From Azolla caroliniana (Eukaryota; Plantae; Polypodiophyta), in contig JBHGNT010000003.1 of NCBI GenBank assembly GCA_043228905.1, positions 13,330,001 through 13,394,000 on the forward strand: a stretch of 64,000 bases of DNA, written 5' to 3'. Made by a program: the position numbers and the translations under genes. Below, one piece after another: positions 25,834-37,339 of this stretch; the stretch's first letter is position 1, and every line of letters starts with the position of its first letter. Below the pieces are notes generated by a model. It was given only the letters and a program-made list of their open reading frames with translations, was not told the origin of the DNA and ran no database searches.

Positions 25834-26274
25834 CCACACAAGTAAGTTAAAAAAAATATAAATAAATAAATAAAATAAATAAAATAAAATAAAAATAAAA
25901 ATAAAGGAGCGAATCAAATAAATCATGGAAAGGAGTGGTGGAAACGGCCACGCACACGAAGAGTAAAGAGGCACGTCGAAAAGGTACGAGGAGCTATGAA
26001 TAGGACATCAAACCACCGCCACATGGCACGCAATGCTATTATAGTACACGACCTGCACATGCGGAGGCTCAAAAAAGGCGCCAAGATGCATAAAGAAAAA
26101 CCCCCACGCATCGAGACCTTCTCCTATCGTGAACCAAGGAGAACAGACACAGAGCTATGCGCGAAGATCAATCGTAGAGAGCTCACACACAGAGAACCCC
26201 CTCCCTCTGAACTTTCTCTCTCACACTCTCCCCACCACCAAACCTCGCCAACGCTCTCCGAGCTCGACGCAGAG

Positions 26275-29070
26275 ATGGACTGCCAAACGCTGTCTGAAGC
26301 CGCCAAGAAATGATTACGACAACACGGTCTGGAGGGTTTCTTAACGATCATGGAGGTGGCGCCACACAAGGAGGCTGAAAAGATTATAAAAGAAATCGAC
26401 ACAGAGGTGATCACGAAGGAAGCGATCTGTGCGTTAATAGGCCTTCTAGAGGGAGGTATCTACACGATCGACAATCCTACGTCCGAGCAACTCATCAAAT
26501 ATTTTGGTGAGTACTCACTAGCCAGCAAGGGCTATAGGACACAGGGCGGCGAAGATATGTTATTCCGTGAAATTGCCCGTGTGCTCCACGAGTTCGGCCA
26601 TGTGTACCCTCGACCCCCCGTCATGCCTCAGAACCGAGCAGGCTTGATCATCGCAACGTGCAAAGGGGTCAAGGTAGATTGGCCGGTGTTGATCGCCAAC
26701 GAGCTGTGTACGGCCATTGATATAGTAAGAGGAAAGGACGGCAAGGAAGGCCGGAAAATATGGCATGCGGTGACAAGATGGCTCACCCTATTGGCGCCAT
26801 CGGTCGAGCCCGTCCAAACCAAGAAGTGGGGAAGAGCAACGGACAGCACCCCGAAACCTGCTTCGAAACGGCAACAACTGTTGGCCTCCAAGGCCACTAA
26901 GGGGAAGACTGCCGAAGCAGAGAAGGCGGCAAAGGAGTGCGCCAGCCGGAAGCGGCCGACGGATGCAAGTGAGGAGACACCGGCACGGCCCTTGAAGAGC
27001 CCACTCCACCGACCGGTGCAACAGGAAACGGACACCCTGGCAGCAAGAATGAATGTCGGGACTCAGGCGGAAGAAATGGAGGAAGAACCCACGGAGCACC
27101 TCCAGCGGCGGCCGGTGAAGAGCACCGCTGAATCAGCCAAGAAGCGTTCGGAACCACAGAAGGATGGAACGCCCGCAACTCACGCTGAGCAACCCACGCC
27201 AAGGGAGGCACCGGAACCAGTTCGGATGGAACCAGTCACAGAAGTGCCGGCACAACAGGCAGCACCGGCAAGCCCCGTCACCCAAGAGCCGGAGATACAA
27301 AGGCCAACCGCCCCAGCCGGCCAAGAACAAGCAGACAAGGGGCGACTAGCCGAAACACACTCAGAGCCGGAATGGCAAAGTGGTCAGCTGGCAGAACCAG
27401 AAGCGCAGCTTGACGCAGAACGGCGGGACCAGCCACCGGCGAGTGAACCCATCAGCCAACTCTCCGTGCAAGTGCAACAACAGTGCACCGACAGCCAATG
27501 GTTCCGGTGGATAGGAGACCAAATTGCCGGAGTAGTCGGATGCATAGAGGCGGAGGAAAGAGCGCAAACGGAACGGTTGCTAGTCACAACCGATGAACTG
27601 GAGACGGCCCGGTCAAGGATCCAGTGCCTTGAACAAGACTTGGATCGGAACACTGGAGATATGGCCAAAATGGCCTTAACCGCAACGCAGATCCAAGCAC
27701 CGGTGACTCCGGTTGATGTACAGAAGAATAAGACCCCGGAGACACAAACTGTCCCGGACAAACATGCGGCGCAAGCCCAAGAGCTTGCGGAATTAGGAGA
27801 TGAGCTTGCCGCACAAGAAGCATTACGGAGCCGCGAACGTGACTTGAAGAAGGCGGCCAAAGAAGAATTAAGAAAGACTGCTGAGAACCTTCGCCGTGCA
27901 GAGGAAAACCTGCGTAAAGGACATCATGCTTACGACCGGCTGAAGGAGGAAAAAGGGAAAGTGCTACAGGAAAAAGACAAGTTGCGACGGATGGCAGAAA
28001 CGGAAATCGAGCGGCTGAAGGAAGAGCTCCGGCAACAGAAGAACCGGGAGGACCACGCACGTCGTCAGATCAACCAAAGGCTGAAGCAGAAGACCGATGA
28101 TTTCGATTATCTGCATCGGGACTACAAGCAGCTGGAGACGGAGCATCAGCAACAACAGGAACGGATGGCCGAGCTCCGGCAAGAGGTTGATAGGGCCACA
28201 ACGGCACTCGCCGAAGAATGAGCGGAAAGTTCCAGGCTATTGGAGGAAGCGGCGAATGATTGGATGGAGCTCCACAAACAGAACCATGAAGACAAGGAAA
28301 GAGCGTCAATGGTACTACAGAGGTTGCAAACAACCTATCAAACTCAATTGTCGCATTATAGGGAGCAGGAAGCGGACACGGTTCGGATCATCAAGCAATT
28401 GAAGGAGGAGCGACAAGCCGCAGAAAATAAATCATAGATGGGAGCCGAACGGATCCAATGCATCCTCCGGTCATGGCTCACTAAGACCAAAAGCTTGATT
28501 GATGACAGCTCTGTGCGTTGGTGGGAAAAATGGGCGCAGAATACGGCGGAACTCCAATTGCTTAGGGCGGACGTTGAAAACCGGCGAAAGGAGGGCGACG
28601 ACTGTTATATGCTGACCTCAGAGGACTTCACCACCATCAGGGATGAGCTCGCAGAAGATTTCATAGCCCTGGCGGATGAACAATTGGTGTAGGTCTGGCA
28701 GCTCGTAGCTCAACTGGACGATGATCGGCTGGAGGCTGAAATCCAGTTCGAAAGCTATGAGCAATCCCGGCTCCGGGAAGAAAAAGCGCGAAAGGCGGCA
28801 ACGGTCAACCTTAGTGATGAGGAACCGTCGCCGGTGCAAAGACCGGAGGGGGAACAGGCCGGGGTCAGTCAGCCACAGACAACTCCAACGGAGGAACCAA
28901 CGACGGAAACATCGGTGCTAGAGCGACAAACGGAGCCACAGCCACAAATGGAGCAGTAGCCACAGCCACAAACGAAACAACAACAGCAGCCACAGCAACA
29001 ACAACAGATTCCCGACGAGCCATTGGAAATTTTGGAGCAAAGCATTCTGGACATTTTAGACGAAGCGTAA
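26275..29070 (+). CDS. extra sense ORF of B (~931 aa reconstructed; globular N-terminus, disordered linker, long coiled coil), five premature stops
   Basis: ATG 26275 and ORFs 26350..28221, 28240..28437 and 28438..28692 are in one frame, which runs to TAA 29068-29070. All internal stops are TGA or TAG. Confidence 0.85.
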
Positions 29071-29124
29071 AAGGGCCGGATAGTGGGTTCGACGTACAAG
29101 GTACTGTCCCACGAGCGTGCCATG

Positions 29125-29583
29125 TGTTACCGGCCAGCAAGAAGGCTTGAGGTCCAAACCAGAGTGTGAAAGGAATAGTTATTCGGGAACTGTTGTAATT
29201 AGTAGTCTTAATATATACATATTATTATATAAGAAGATGTGGACGGACGGACCGGAATCGGTATGCCGATCCGGATCCGGAACGATTCCGTAAAGGTGCC
29301 AGTTGGCACCGTTTTGTATTTCGCACCGGAGACCTATATAAAGGCCCGGTTACAATGTAATCAGGAGCAGATAATTAATAAAGCTTATTGTCTTAATCTT
29401 CCAGTGTTGATTACCGTTCTGTATTCATTGTTATATCTTACGTGTGTTAATTACGTATGGCTAAGTAATCGATTAAGGTCTAAGTAAGCGTTGTGTCGTA
29501 AGTCATTCTGCCGTACCACCCTTTGGTGACGTGTCTTAAGTGGACACCCTGTGTTAGGCTGTTGTCTGGCCCTAGCAATAACA
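29125..29583 (+). repeat. 3' LTR of B
   Basis: Direct repeat of 19531-19992, followed by TSD AGGTG. Confidence 0.97.
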
Positions 29584-30526
29584 AGGTGAGTCGTAATCTC
29601 TCGAGCCTCTGTAACACCTTCTCGCAGTCGTCGATGTGGTCCGCCACAAACCTTCGGCACCCATCTAGCCCAATCGATTCATCCTTATCCTCCACCGGAC
29701 ACCCTTTGATTGGGATGTCATCCAAGAATTACATGGTGATGTCCGGGATGCAATCCCTTAGCACCTTATTCATTGCGTTCACCATGTGCGCCACTGAGTT
29801 GGTCCCTCCTTGCGGCAGGGTACACATCCGTACTAGGACGAGAGGGGTTTGCATTGTCGTGATATCCCTACTTTGTACGGCTAGCTGGAGTTGGTCATAC
29901 CCCCAATACAGATCGCCAACCGATTAGATTGACCTTCCAGTGAAGGCCTCCGCAAACTCGTCAATGGTCGGCCCAATTCCTGCATTTCGAATGGTCACTT
30001 TATTGACCAGCTGCAAGTCCTAAATGAAGCGTAGCGTGCCATTCTTCTTCAGCACAGTAAACCATCGATTTGAATACGGGACACTCGACGGCTCGAGGAT
30101 GCCCATCTCCACCTTCTACTTCAGTATCTCCATCAACTTCAGGACCTGTGCCCTATGCCGTCCGGATTCCGCAAACTCGGGTCCGATGCGACCCCCTTCA
30201 TCCGCTCCTCGATGCCCTCTGGCAAGGGAGCCGCGCGAGGAGCTGCGAGGAGCTGCAATTGGCCTCACCTTCCGGTCCACACTCTTGTACTTCATATCTA
30301 CATAGGTCGTCCGATCCGACTCGACCTTCTCCCCGATGTCGGCAATGACTTCGTACATTCCCACAGAACTAACTGGAATCACCCGGTCTTCACTGAGGCC
30401 TTCTTCGACCACCTTCCCTATATCTCCTAGGGTGTCGTCGAAGGAGACCACCTCCACGGCGCCGCCAATCTCTTCGTCAGGGCGGAGGGCTCCACACGCT
30501 CTGAGACGCCCCTCTACCTTCCTCCT

Positions 30527-30807
30527 TGTTGGGGACGAGGTCGTCTATGCGGAAGATCAAGAAGCATTCGATTGGTGTTTGAATACCTGCGTATGACAGT
30601 TTCTAGGTCGTTGCACAGAGAGAGAGAGAGAGAGAGACACAAAAGACTTCTTATTCCACAAAGCAATAATACAACACCCAACCTTACAAAAAGGTTACAA
30701 GGTCACTATATATAGCGACCGACTTAGGGCAACTACCCTTTATGCTAATTACACAAATGGCCTAAAGGGATAGTGTGAATACGTCCATTATACACTTGTA
30801 TTCGACA
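30527..30807 (-). repeat. 3' LTR of C
   Basis: TG...CA ends, adjacent to the PPT. Confidence 0.97.
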
Positions 30808-31000
30808 CTCCCCCGTAATGGGCGTATACATGGGTTATCTAAGATTACAGGTATAGACTTAGGTTCTCGGACATATCAGCTTTGTTCGAGTCGGCAGGGT
30901 CCGAAGGCAGAAGACCGAACTGGTCGGGTCGGAACAGTTGAAGCCGATCATTAAGGAACTGATGTCGGTTGTCGGGAACCATCCTGCTCTGTGTCCGGCT

Positions 31001-34000
31001 CTAACCGGACTGGTTTGTCGTTACGCCCATCTGATGCCGAAGAGACCGAAAGCGGTCTGCCGAAAGACACTTGGTCATTCCATCTGCGACATTGTCGGTT
31101 GTGGATATTTTCTCTAGACCGATTTTCCCTGAAATGACGCAGTCCCGAACGAAGTGATATCGAACGTCGATATGTTTGGAGGCGTTGTGGTGAACCGGAT
31201 TTTTCGACAAGGCAACAGCACCTTGACTGTCGCTGTAGACAACTGGAGCCGAGTCATGGTCGACTTGTCGAAACGTGTGCGCCAGCCGACCGAGCCACAA
31301 AGCTTCTTTTGCTGCGTCGGACGCAGCTACATATTCTGCTTCGGTCGTTGAGGTCGTTGTGCACTCCTGAAGTTTCGACTTCCACGAGATTGCTCCATTG
31401 CCGAATTTGAAGCAGTATCCGGTTGTTGATTTCCGACTGTCTATACAGCCGGCGAAGTCCGAGTCGGTGTAACCGACTACGCCTGAGGTTCGGTTCGGAC
31501 CGAAAAGAATGCCATGGTCTTTTGTGCCAGCCAGATATCTGAACACATGCTTGACTGCGTTCCAATGCGATCGGCCAGGATTGTGCATAAATCTGCTAAC
31601 GACTCCTACGGCATGAGAAATATCAGGCCGTGTCGCGACCATCAGGTACATAAGGGAGCCGACTGCCGATGCATACGGTACCGACTTCATATCTGCCCCC
31701 TCCGGGCCGGATGTCGGGTAGTCTCGCTGAGAGAGCCGAAGATTCATTGGGAGCGGGGTTGAAGCAGATTTGGCTGATTGCATGTTGAAGCGTTCCAAGA
31801 CACGTCCGATATAGTCGGTCTGAGACAAAAAAAGATGTCGTTTGTCGCGATGCCGACTAATCTTCATGCCGAGTATGTGTCGTGCCGGACCGAGGTCCTT
31901 CATGGCAAACTTCAACCGCAGTTGCCGAATGAGATCGGCAAGTTCGCCCGCGTGGCGTCCAGAAATTAGCATGTCGTCCATGTAAATGATGAGGAAGATG
32001 GGTGATCCATCTTGAGCTGTGTTGGTGAAGAGACAATGGTCCTCATCGCTTTTGGAGAAGCCGATCGATTGGATGAAGTCGTCGAACTTCTTGTACCATT
32101 GTCGCGGTGCCTGTTTGAGGCCGTATAGACTCTTCCTGAGTCGGCAGACTAGATGTTCTTGGCCAGTTGCCACAAAGCCTTTTGGCTGCTCCATATAAAT
32201 TTCCTCGTCAAGATCACCATGGAGGAAGGCTGTTTTGACATCTAGCTGAATCAGCTCCAAGTTGTCGGCTGCCACTACGCCGAGTAGAAAACGAAGGGTT
32301 GTCATTTTCACCACTGGTGAAAAAATCTCGTCGAAGTCGACGCCATATTCTTGTCGGAAGCCCTTCGCAACTAATCTGGCCTTGTACTTTGGGGTGGTCG
32401 AATCAGACGTCTCTTTTAGTCGATAAACCCACTTGCAAGGAAGAGCACGTCGGTTCCTAGGTAATTCGACCAGATCCCAAGTCTTGTTTGCCCGAATGGA
32501 GTGCATTTCCGACTCCATCGCCAGATGCCAGGTGGCTGAATCGACAGATGTCGATGCTTCTTCGTAAGACGTCGGTTCGCCGGCGTCGGTGAAGAAAATT
32601 CCAGGAGAGTACCTCTCCGGAGGTTGCGACAGTCTCTCAGATCGTCGAGGTATGATCGGACTGGTCGCATCGGGTATCGTGGTCGGATGGTCCGAAAGCG
32701 GATTGTTCTGTTGTGCCGAGTCGGAGTTGTCCGAGTCGGTAGTGTAAGGTTCAGCTACCCGTGAAGCTGACCGTGTGTTGAGAGCGGGGCCTTCTTGAAG
32801 GGTCGGCACATCGGAAAATGTTACCCTTCGGACTTCGATCGGTTTTTCGACTGATGGATTCATAGCCGACTCGTTGAACACAACGTCCGAACTTCGAACG
32901 ATTTGTCTGCGTTCGGGGTCCCAGAGTCGGTATCCCATTTCGCCGTCTGATCCATATCCAAGGAAAATGCATTTCCTGGACCGAGGTGCAAGTTTTCGGC
33001 GATCATCTTTCGGAATAAGGGCGTACGCCTCGCATCCGAAGATCCTCAGCTTGTCGTAATTCGGCTTACTGCCGATCCATAGTTCCTGAGGAATTTGAAG
33101 TCCTAGAGGTCTACTTGGCGACATATTGATTATGTGTACTGCCGTGAGTAGAGCCTCTGCCCAGAAGCCATCCGACAGTCCGGAGTGTTGGAGCATGGAA
33201 ACTATCCTTTCTTGGATTGTCCGATTCATTCGTTCTGCAATCCCGTTTTGCTCCGGACTGTGTGGTGCCGTAAATTCACGTCGGATGCCGCGTTGTCGGC
33301 AGAATTTGACGAATTCATCGGATTTGAACTCTCCCCCATTGTCGGTCCGAAAGCATTTCAGTTTTCGGTCGGTTTGATTTTCTACCATAGCGAGCCAATC
33401 GGAGAAGATCGAGAAGACACGATCTTTGGTGCGAATTGGATACGCCCACACCTTTCGAGTCGAATCGTCAATAAAAGTGACGAAGTAAGAGGCACCGCCG
33501 AGAGACTGATGCGGCATTGGGCCACAGACGTCCGAGTGGACCAAGTCGAGAGGTCTCGTTTCTCTTGGTGCTGATGTCGGGTGTGATGCGGCTGCTTGTT
33601 TGCCATACTGGCAATGCTCGCAGAATTGATGGTCGGAGAAGGAGAGTTTAGGGATGTATCCGGCTCTAGATAGATGCGTAATGCCGGCCTTGCTGAGGTG
33701 TCCTAATCTTCTGTGCCATAGTGATGACACAGGAATATCCACCAAAAACAGGTTACCCTCTCTGAGCGTAACATGTAACGGATACAGTGAGTGTATCTTG
33801 GGTCCTCTAGCAAGCAGGAGGTTCCCCCTGTGGAGTGTCCACCCTCCCGAAGAAAAACCGGCACGAATGCCGTCTTCATCTAGTTGTCCGACTGAGATCA
33901 ATGGCCTTGAGAGCTCGGGTACATGTCGGACATTGTGGAGTACAAGTGTAGAGCCACCTGCAAGGTTGAGCTCTACTGTGCCGATTCCGATGATGTCACA

Positions 34001-34192
34001 GTGTTGTGAGTTGCCGACTCGAACTGAGTCGGAGTGACGGATCGTATATTGCCGAAATTGGGATCGATGAGGAGTCACGTGAAATGACGCGCCCGAATCT
34101 AAGAGCCATGTGCTCGACTCTTCAGTCGTGAGTAGGACTTCTGATCCGACTGGATTTTCGATTGATAGTATATTCGGGTCGTCTGGTAGCAC
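31001..34192 (-). CDS. pol: Copia Pol polyprotein (PR-INT-RT-RNase H), uninterrupted 1063 aa
   Basis: WLLDSGASFHVTP, HSDVCGP, RTDNGGEF, NGIAERMNRT, QLDVKTAFLHG, YMDDML, YTDSDFAG, ADGMTK. Confidence 0.97.
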   Translation of the reverse strand: MLPDDPNILSIENPVGSEVLLTTEESSTWLLDSGASFHVTPHRSQFRQYTIRHSDSVRVGNSQHCDIIGIGTVELNLAGGSTLVLHNVRHVPELSRPLISVGQLDEDGIRAGFSSGGWTLHRGNLLLARGPKIHSLYPLHVTLREGNLFLVDIPVSSLWHRRLGHLSKAGITHLSRAGYIPKLSFSDHQFCEHCQYGKQAAASHPTSAPRETRPLDLVHSDVCGPMPHQSLGGASYFVTFIDDSTRKVWAYPIRTKDRVFSIFSDWLAMVENQTDRKLKCFRTDNGGEFKSDEFVKFCRQRGIRREFTAPHSPEQNGIAERMNRTIQERIVSMLQHSGLSDGFWAEALLTAVHIINMSPSRPLGLQIPQELWIGSKPNYDKLRIFGCEAYALIPKDDRRKLAPRSRKCIFLGYGSDGEMGYRLWDPERRQIVRSSDVVFNESAMNPSVEKPIEVRRVTFSDVPTLQEGPALNTRSASRVAEPYTTDSDNSDSAQQNNPLSDHPTTIPDATSPIIPRRSERLSQPPERYSPGIFFTDAGEPTSYEEASTSVDSATWHLAMESEMHSIRANKTWDLVELPRNRRALPCKWVYRLKETSDSTTPKYKARLVAKGFRQEYGVDFDEIFSPVVKMTTLRFLLGVVAADNLELIQLDVKTAFLHGDLDEEIYMEQPKGFVATGQEHLVCRLRKSLYGLKQAPRQWYKKFDDFIQSIGFSKSDEDHCLFTNTAQDGSPIFLIIYMDDMLISGRHAGELADLIRQLRLKFAMKDLGPARHILGMKISRHRDKRHLFLSQTDYIGRVLERFNMQSAKSASTPLPMNLRLSQRDYPTSGPEGADMKSVPYASAVGSLMYLMVATRPDISHAVGVVSRFMHNPGRSHWNAVKHVFRYLAGTKDHGILFGPNRTSGVVGYTDSDFAGCIDSRKSTTGYCFKFGNGAISWKSKLQECTTTSTTEAEYVAASDAAKEALWLGRLAHTFRQVDHDSAPVVYSDSQGAVALSKNPVHHNASKHIDVRYHFVRDCVISGKIGLEKISTTDNVADGMTKCLSADRFRSLRHQMGVTTNQSG

Positions 34193-34396
34193 ATCAGCTG
34201 AGAAGCTGACGTAATTGATCTCCTCATGCCGGCCACTCTTCTTGTTGTTCTTGTTCTTGAGTGCGCAGCAGTCGGCTTTGATGTGTCCGGGTTTCTTGCA
34301 ATAGTTGCAGATTCGGTTATCCCGTGACTGGCTCCGTCTTCGTTGATTGTTCGGCGGTCGTGAGGAATCTCTTCCTCGTATGTTCGATCGGTCTGT

Positions 34397-35017
34397 CTAA
34401 CCTTGTACTACATAAGCGTCGTCTGTTGAGTCTTTGGCGAAAGACTTTCTCCGAGCTGCTTCGGTCAGGATTGCGCTCGTGACTTCGGAGTATTTAACAG
34501 CCGTGGTTGACGCGTTGCACACGGTTGTGACGAAAGTTTCCCATGATGAGGGAAGGCTACTCATGAGTATCATTGCTCTGAGTTCATCCTCGATTGCCGT
34601 CCCCTGTGACGAGATTTGGGAGCTTATGCTTTCGTACTCATTGAGGTGTGCTTGAACCGAGTCGGATTCTTTCATCCGCAAGTTGTAGAGGCGCCGGATC
34701 AGAAACATCTTTGTTGCGGCGACCTTCTTTTCGTAAGTGTCCGACAGTGTTTTCCACAGTTCGAATGCTGTCGTACACGATTGCACCGTAAAGTATACCG
34801 ATTCCGATAGGTGCATCCGAATCGTGGCGCGGACGATTCTGTCCAGCTTCTGCCACTCAATTGGTTTGTATCCTTCTGGAGGTTCTTCATTTTCGATGGG
34901 ATCGATTTGCCCCTTGACTATGAGATAGTCCTGCATTTGTTCCTTCCAGAAGTTGAAGTTCGATCCATCGAACTTTCGTAGACTCATTTCTGACGAGCCG
35001 GATGTTGATGCCATCAA
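34397..35017 (-). CDS. gag: Copia Gag, in frame with pol and separated from it by a single TAG
   Basis: KFDGSNFNFWK...SLPSSWETFV. The zinc knuckle CNYCKKPGHIKADC follows the TAG in frame. Confidence 0.93.
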   Translation of the reverse strand: MMASTSGSSEMSLRKFDGSNFNFWKEQMQDYLIVKGQIDPIENEEPPEGYKPIEWQKLDRIVRATIRMHLSESVYFTVQSCTTAFELWKTLSDTYEKKVAATKMFLIRRLYNLRMKESDSVQAHLNEYESISSQISSQGTAIEDELRAMILMSSLPSSWETFVTTVCNASTTAVKYSEVTSAILTEAARRKSFAKDSTDDAYVVQG

Positions 35018-35689
35018 ATTTGGTTTCGGTTGACGAAGCTCGGTTCGGAGTTGACTACGAGCCTTGTTGGAGTGCAGCCGGTTGGCTCACCCGATATCGC
35101 TCTAGTCGGATTTGAACCCGAGTCGGTTCGGCTTCGGAACTTGCTCGAATTGACTCCGGTAGCTTGAGGGAAAGAACCGACTGGTCTTCCCGAATGTTGC
35201 CGAGTCGGAGTGAGCCCGGTTCGCTTCGGATATATATGCCGAATACCGATTATTGAAACCGATTATCTGGACCGATTCTGCTTCGGTTGACTGCAGCAAC
35301 GAGAGAGACGGATCCAACTGATCCTCCCGAATGTCGATCAGCCAGATGAAGCACGAATTTGGGGTTGTTGTCTTGAGACCGATCTGCACCGAGTGGTTAC
35401 AATGAGCGGCGTTTGATTACCTCTTCGGATGCCGTTTAACCGGGTGGAGCACGATCGTGTCAATGTTGCACAAGGGGATTTCACCTCGAGCGGTTACGAT
35501 CACAAGGGACAGAGTACAACCTACTGGCTTACTCCAAGCGAAGATGATCTAACGCGATGAGATGCAAGCCTCGTTTCTCTTCTTCTTCTCTCTTCTTCGA
35601 ATGACGCTGGGAACCGAATGTTGTGCAGGCTGAGACGACGGCCGACAGCAGATTGAAGGACCGACTACTGTGCAGGCTCTGATACCAGA

Positions 35690-35970
35690 TGTTGGGGACG
35701 AGGTCGTCTATGCGGAAGATCAAGAAGCATTCGATTGGTGTTTGAATACCTGCGTATGACAGTTTCTAGGTCGTTGCACAGAGAGAGAGAGAGAGAGACA
35801 CACAAAAGACTTCTTATTCCACAAAGCAATAATACAACACCCAACCTTACAAAAAGGTTACAAGGTCACTATATATAGCGACCGACTTAGGGCAACTACC
35901 CTTTATGCTAATTACACAAATGGCCTAAAGGGATAGTGTGAATACGTCCATTATACACTTGTATTCGACA
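35690..35970 (-). repeat. 5' LTR of C
   Basis: Direct repeat of 30527-30807, adjacent to the iMet PBS. Confidence 0.97.
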
Positions 35971-36106
35971 CTCCTTTCCCGGCTGTAGATGCCGGTTATC
36001 ATACAACCTCTGTTGTCAGAGAACCAAAATTTCCTACATATGGTACACATACGGCATTCCTCTGGGGTCTCCGGACTATCGCGGCCCCATGCCTTGATAG
36101 CCCTCT

Positions 36107-36765
36107 CTAAAAATCCCCTCGTCCATCATCGCCGAGAGTCTCACGGTTACGCTCATGGTTCGGTCTCAATATCAAGAATTGGACGGAGTGTCGTCCGTCT
36201 TGGCTCTTCATGCGTGCATACGTTGAATCGTTGTCTAGCACCTTAGTTTTCATATGGGCCACCGTGATGTATGGCTCTCTGAGCATAATCAGGTGTGAAG
36301 ACGTCTCCAGCACGAAGAAGGTTGGTCTATCTCGACATCGCCGATCTTCACACGCACATTCGGGCATGCCCCGTGCAACTCCTCCGTAGCACGTGTCGCC
36401 GCGTGTATTTTCCACCCATGCCTGGTTTTAATCGGCCACTTACCCTTATTGTAGAAGTCCATGGACATTAGGTTTATTTCGGACCCATGGTCTATCAATG
36501 CTACCACCGGTTCCTGGACGTTCCTGATCCTGACCGGGGTCTCTGTAGTAGCTCTCGCCCAGTGCAGCTTCAAATAGTGGCTTTCCGCTAGCTCATCTTC
36601 CATGGCCTCCTCCTCTAGGTGCGTTGTCCGCACTTCCACGGGCTTCTCCGGTCCCGGCTCCGTCGAGAGCCGTTTACGCTTTACTAAGTCCATGATGGAA
36701 TCGTGGAACTCCTTCGCAATTCCGAGCACCTCCCTCAGCGACAGCTCCACCTTGTTGTCGAGCAT
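36107..36765 (-). pseudogene. aspartic protease region of A
   Basis: VVALIDHGSEINLMS in ORF 36289..36765. Confidence 0.85.
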
Positions 36766-37339
36766 CTGCTCTTTGAGGACCTTTCGTAAGTCCCTCTATC
36801 TCCATGCCCAGCCAGTTACCAGCCTGTTTCGCTCTATCTTGGGGACAAGAACTACCAAAGTCGTTTTTACCCAGTCTGCTCCACGTCTCGTACCGTTTCA
36901 AAGTTCCGGCTTCCCCATCCTTCCCCGCTTACTTGTCCTCCACCAGAACTTCGTAGTTTTGGCATGCGGCTTCCACGAGACCGGTCTTCTCCTCGACCAG
37001 ATCGTCCCATCCGATAACCTCCCGGATCCGCTTCGTCCTTCCTCAGTCGTACTCCAGAGAGGCCTTGTAGCACCGATGGCCAGAATCCAGAGTCCTTCGC
37101 TCCTTTGTTGGCATCGTCACTCGCGACCCGGATTCCGGCCGATGCCGAGTAATGAATGGCTTCAGCATGTTGCGTCGCAGCTTCTTCCATCAACCGCTTC
37201 ATTCCACCGCGCCGGTATTCAACTCCAGGGCTTTCCGGGTCTCGCTCGCGTGCATCCGCCCATTCTAGAGGTACACCACGTGGCTCCTAAGTGCTTCTGC
37301 AAAATCCATGCACTCCTTCCGGACGTGTCCGACCGCGTC

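Larger units (their letters stand above)
19531..29583 (+). mobile_element. full-length Ty3/Gypsy element B (non-chromovirus, Athila/Tat-like) with extra 3' ORF
   Basis: LTRs 19531-19992 and 29125-29583. Perfect TSD AGGTG. PBS at 20000. Order gag-PR-RT-RH-INT-extra ORF. Confidence 0.97.
30527..35970 (-). mobile_element. young full-length Ty1/Copia element C
   Basis: 281-bp LTRs 30527-30807 and 35690-35970 differ at one position. TSD CTCCT. PBS TGGTATCAGAGC at 35676-35687. PPT GGGGGAG at 30808-30814. Confidence 0.98.

Noticed and set aside
26275-29070. Calling the extra ORF an envelope (env) gene
   Set aside because: No signal peptide, transmembrane helix or fusion-protein features are visible; only the position is env-like.
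34397-34399. Programmed stop-codon readthrough in Copia C
   Set aside because: No readthrough context, and the stop would cut Gag before its zinc knuckle; a point mutation is simpler. Not excluded without sibling copies.
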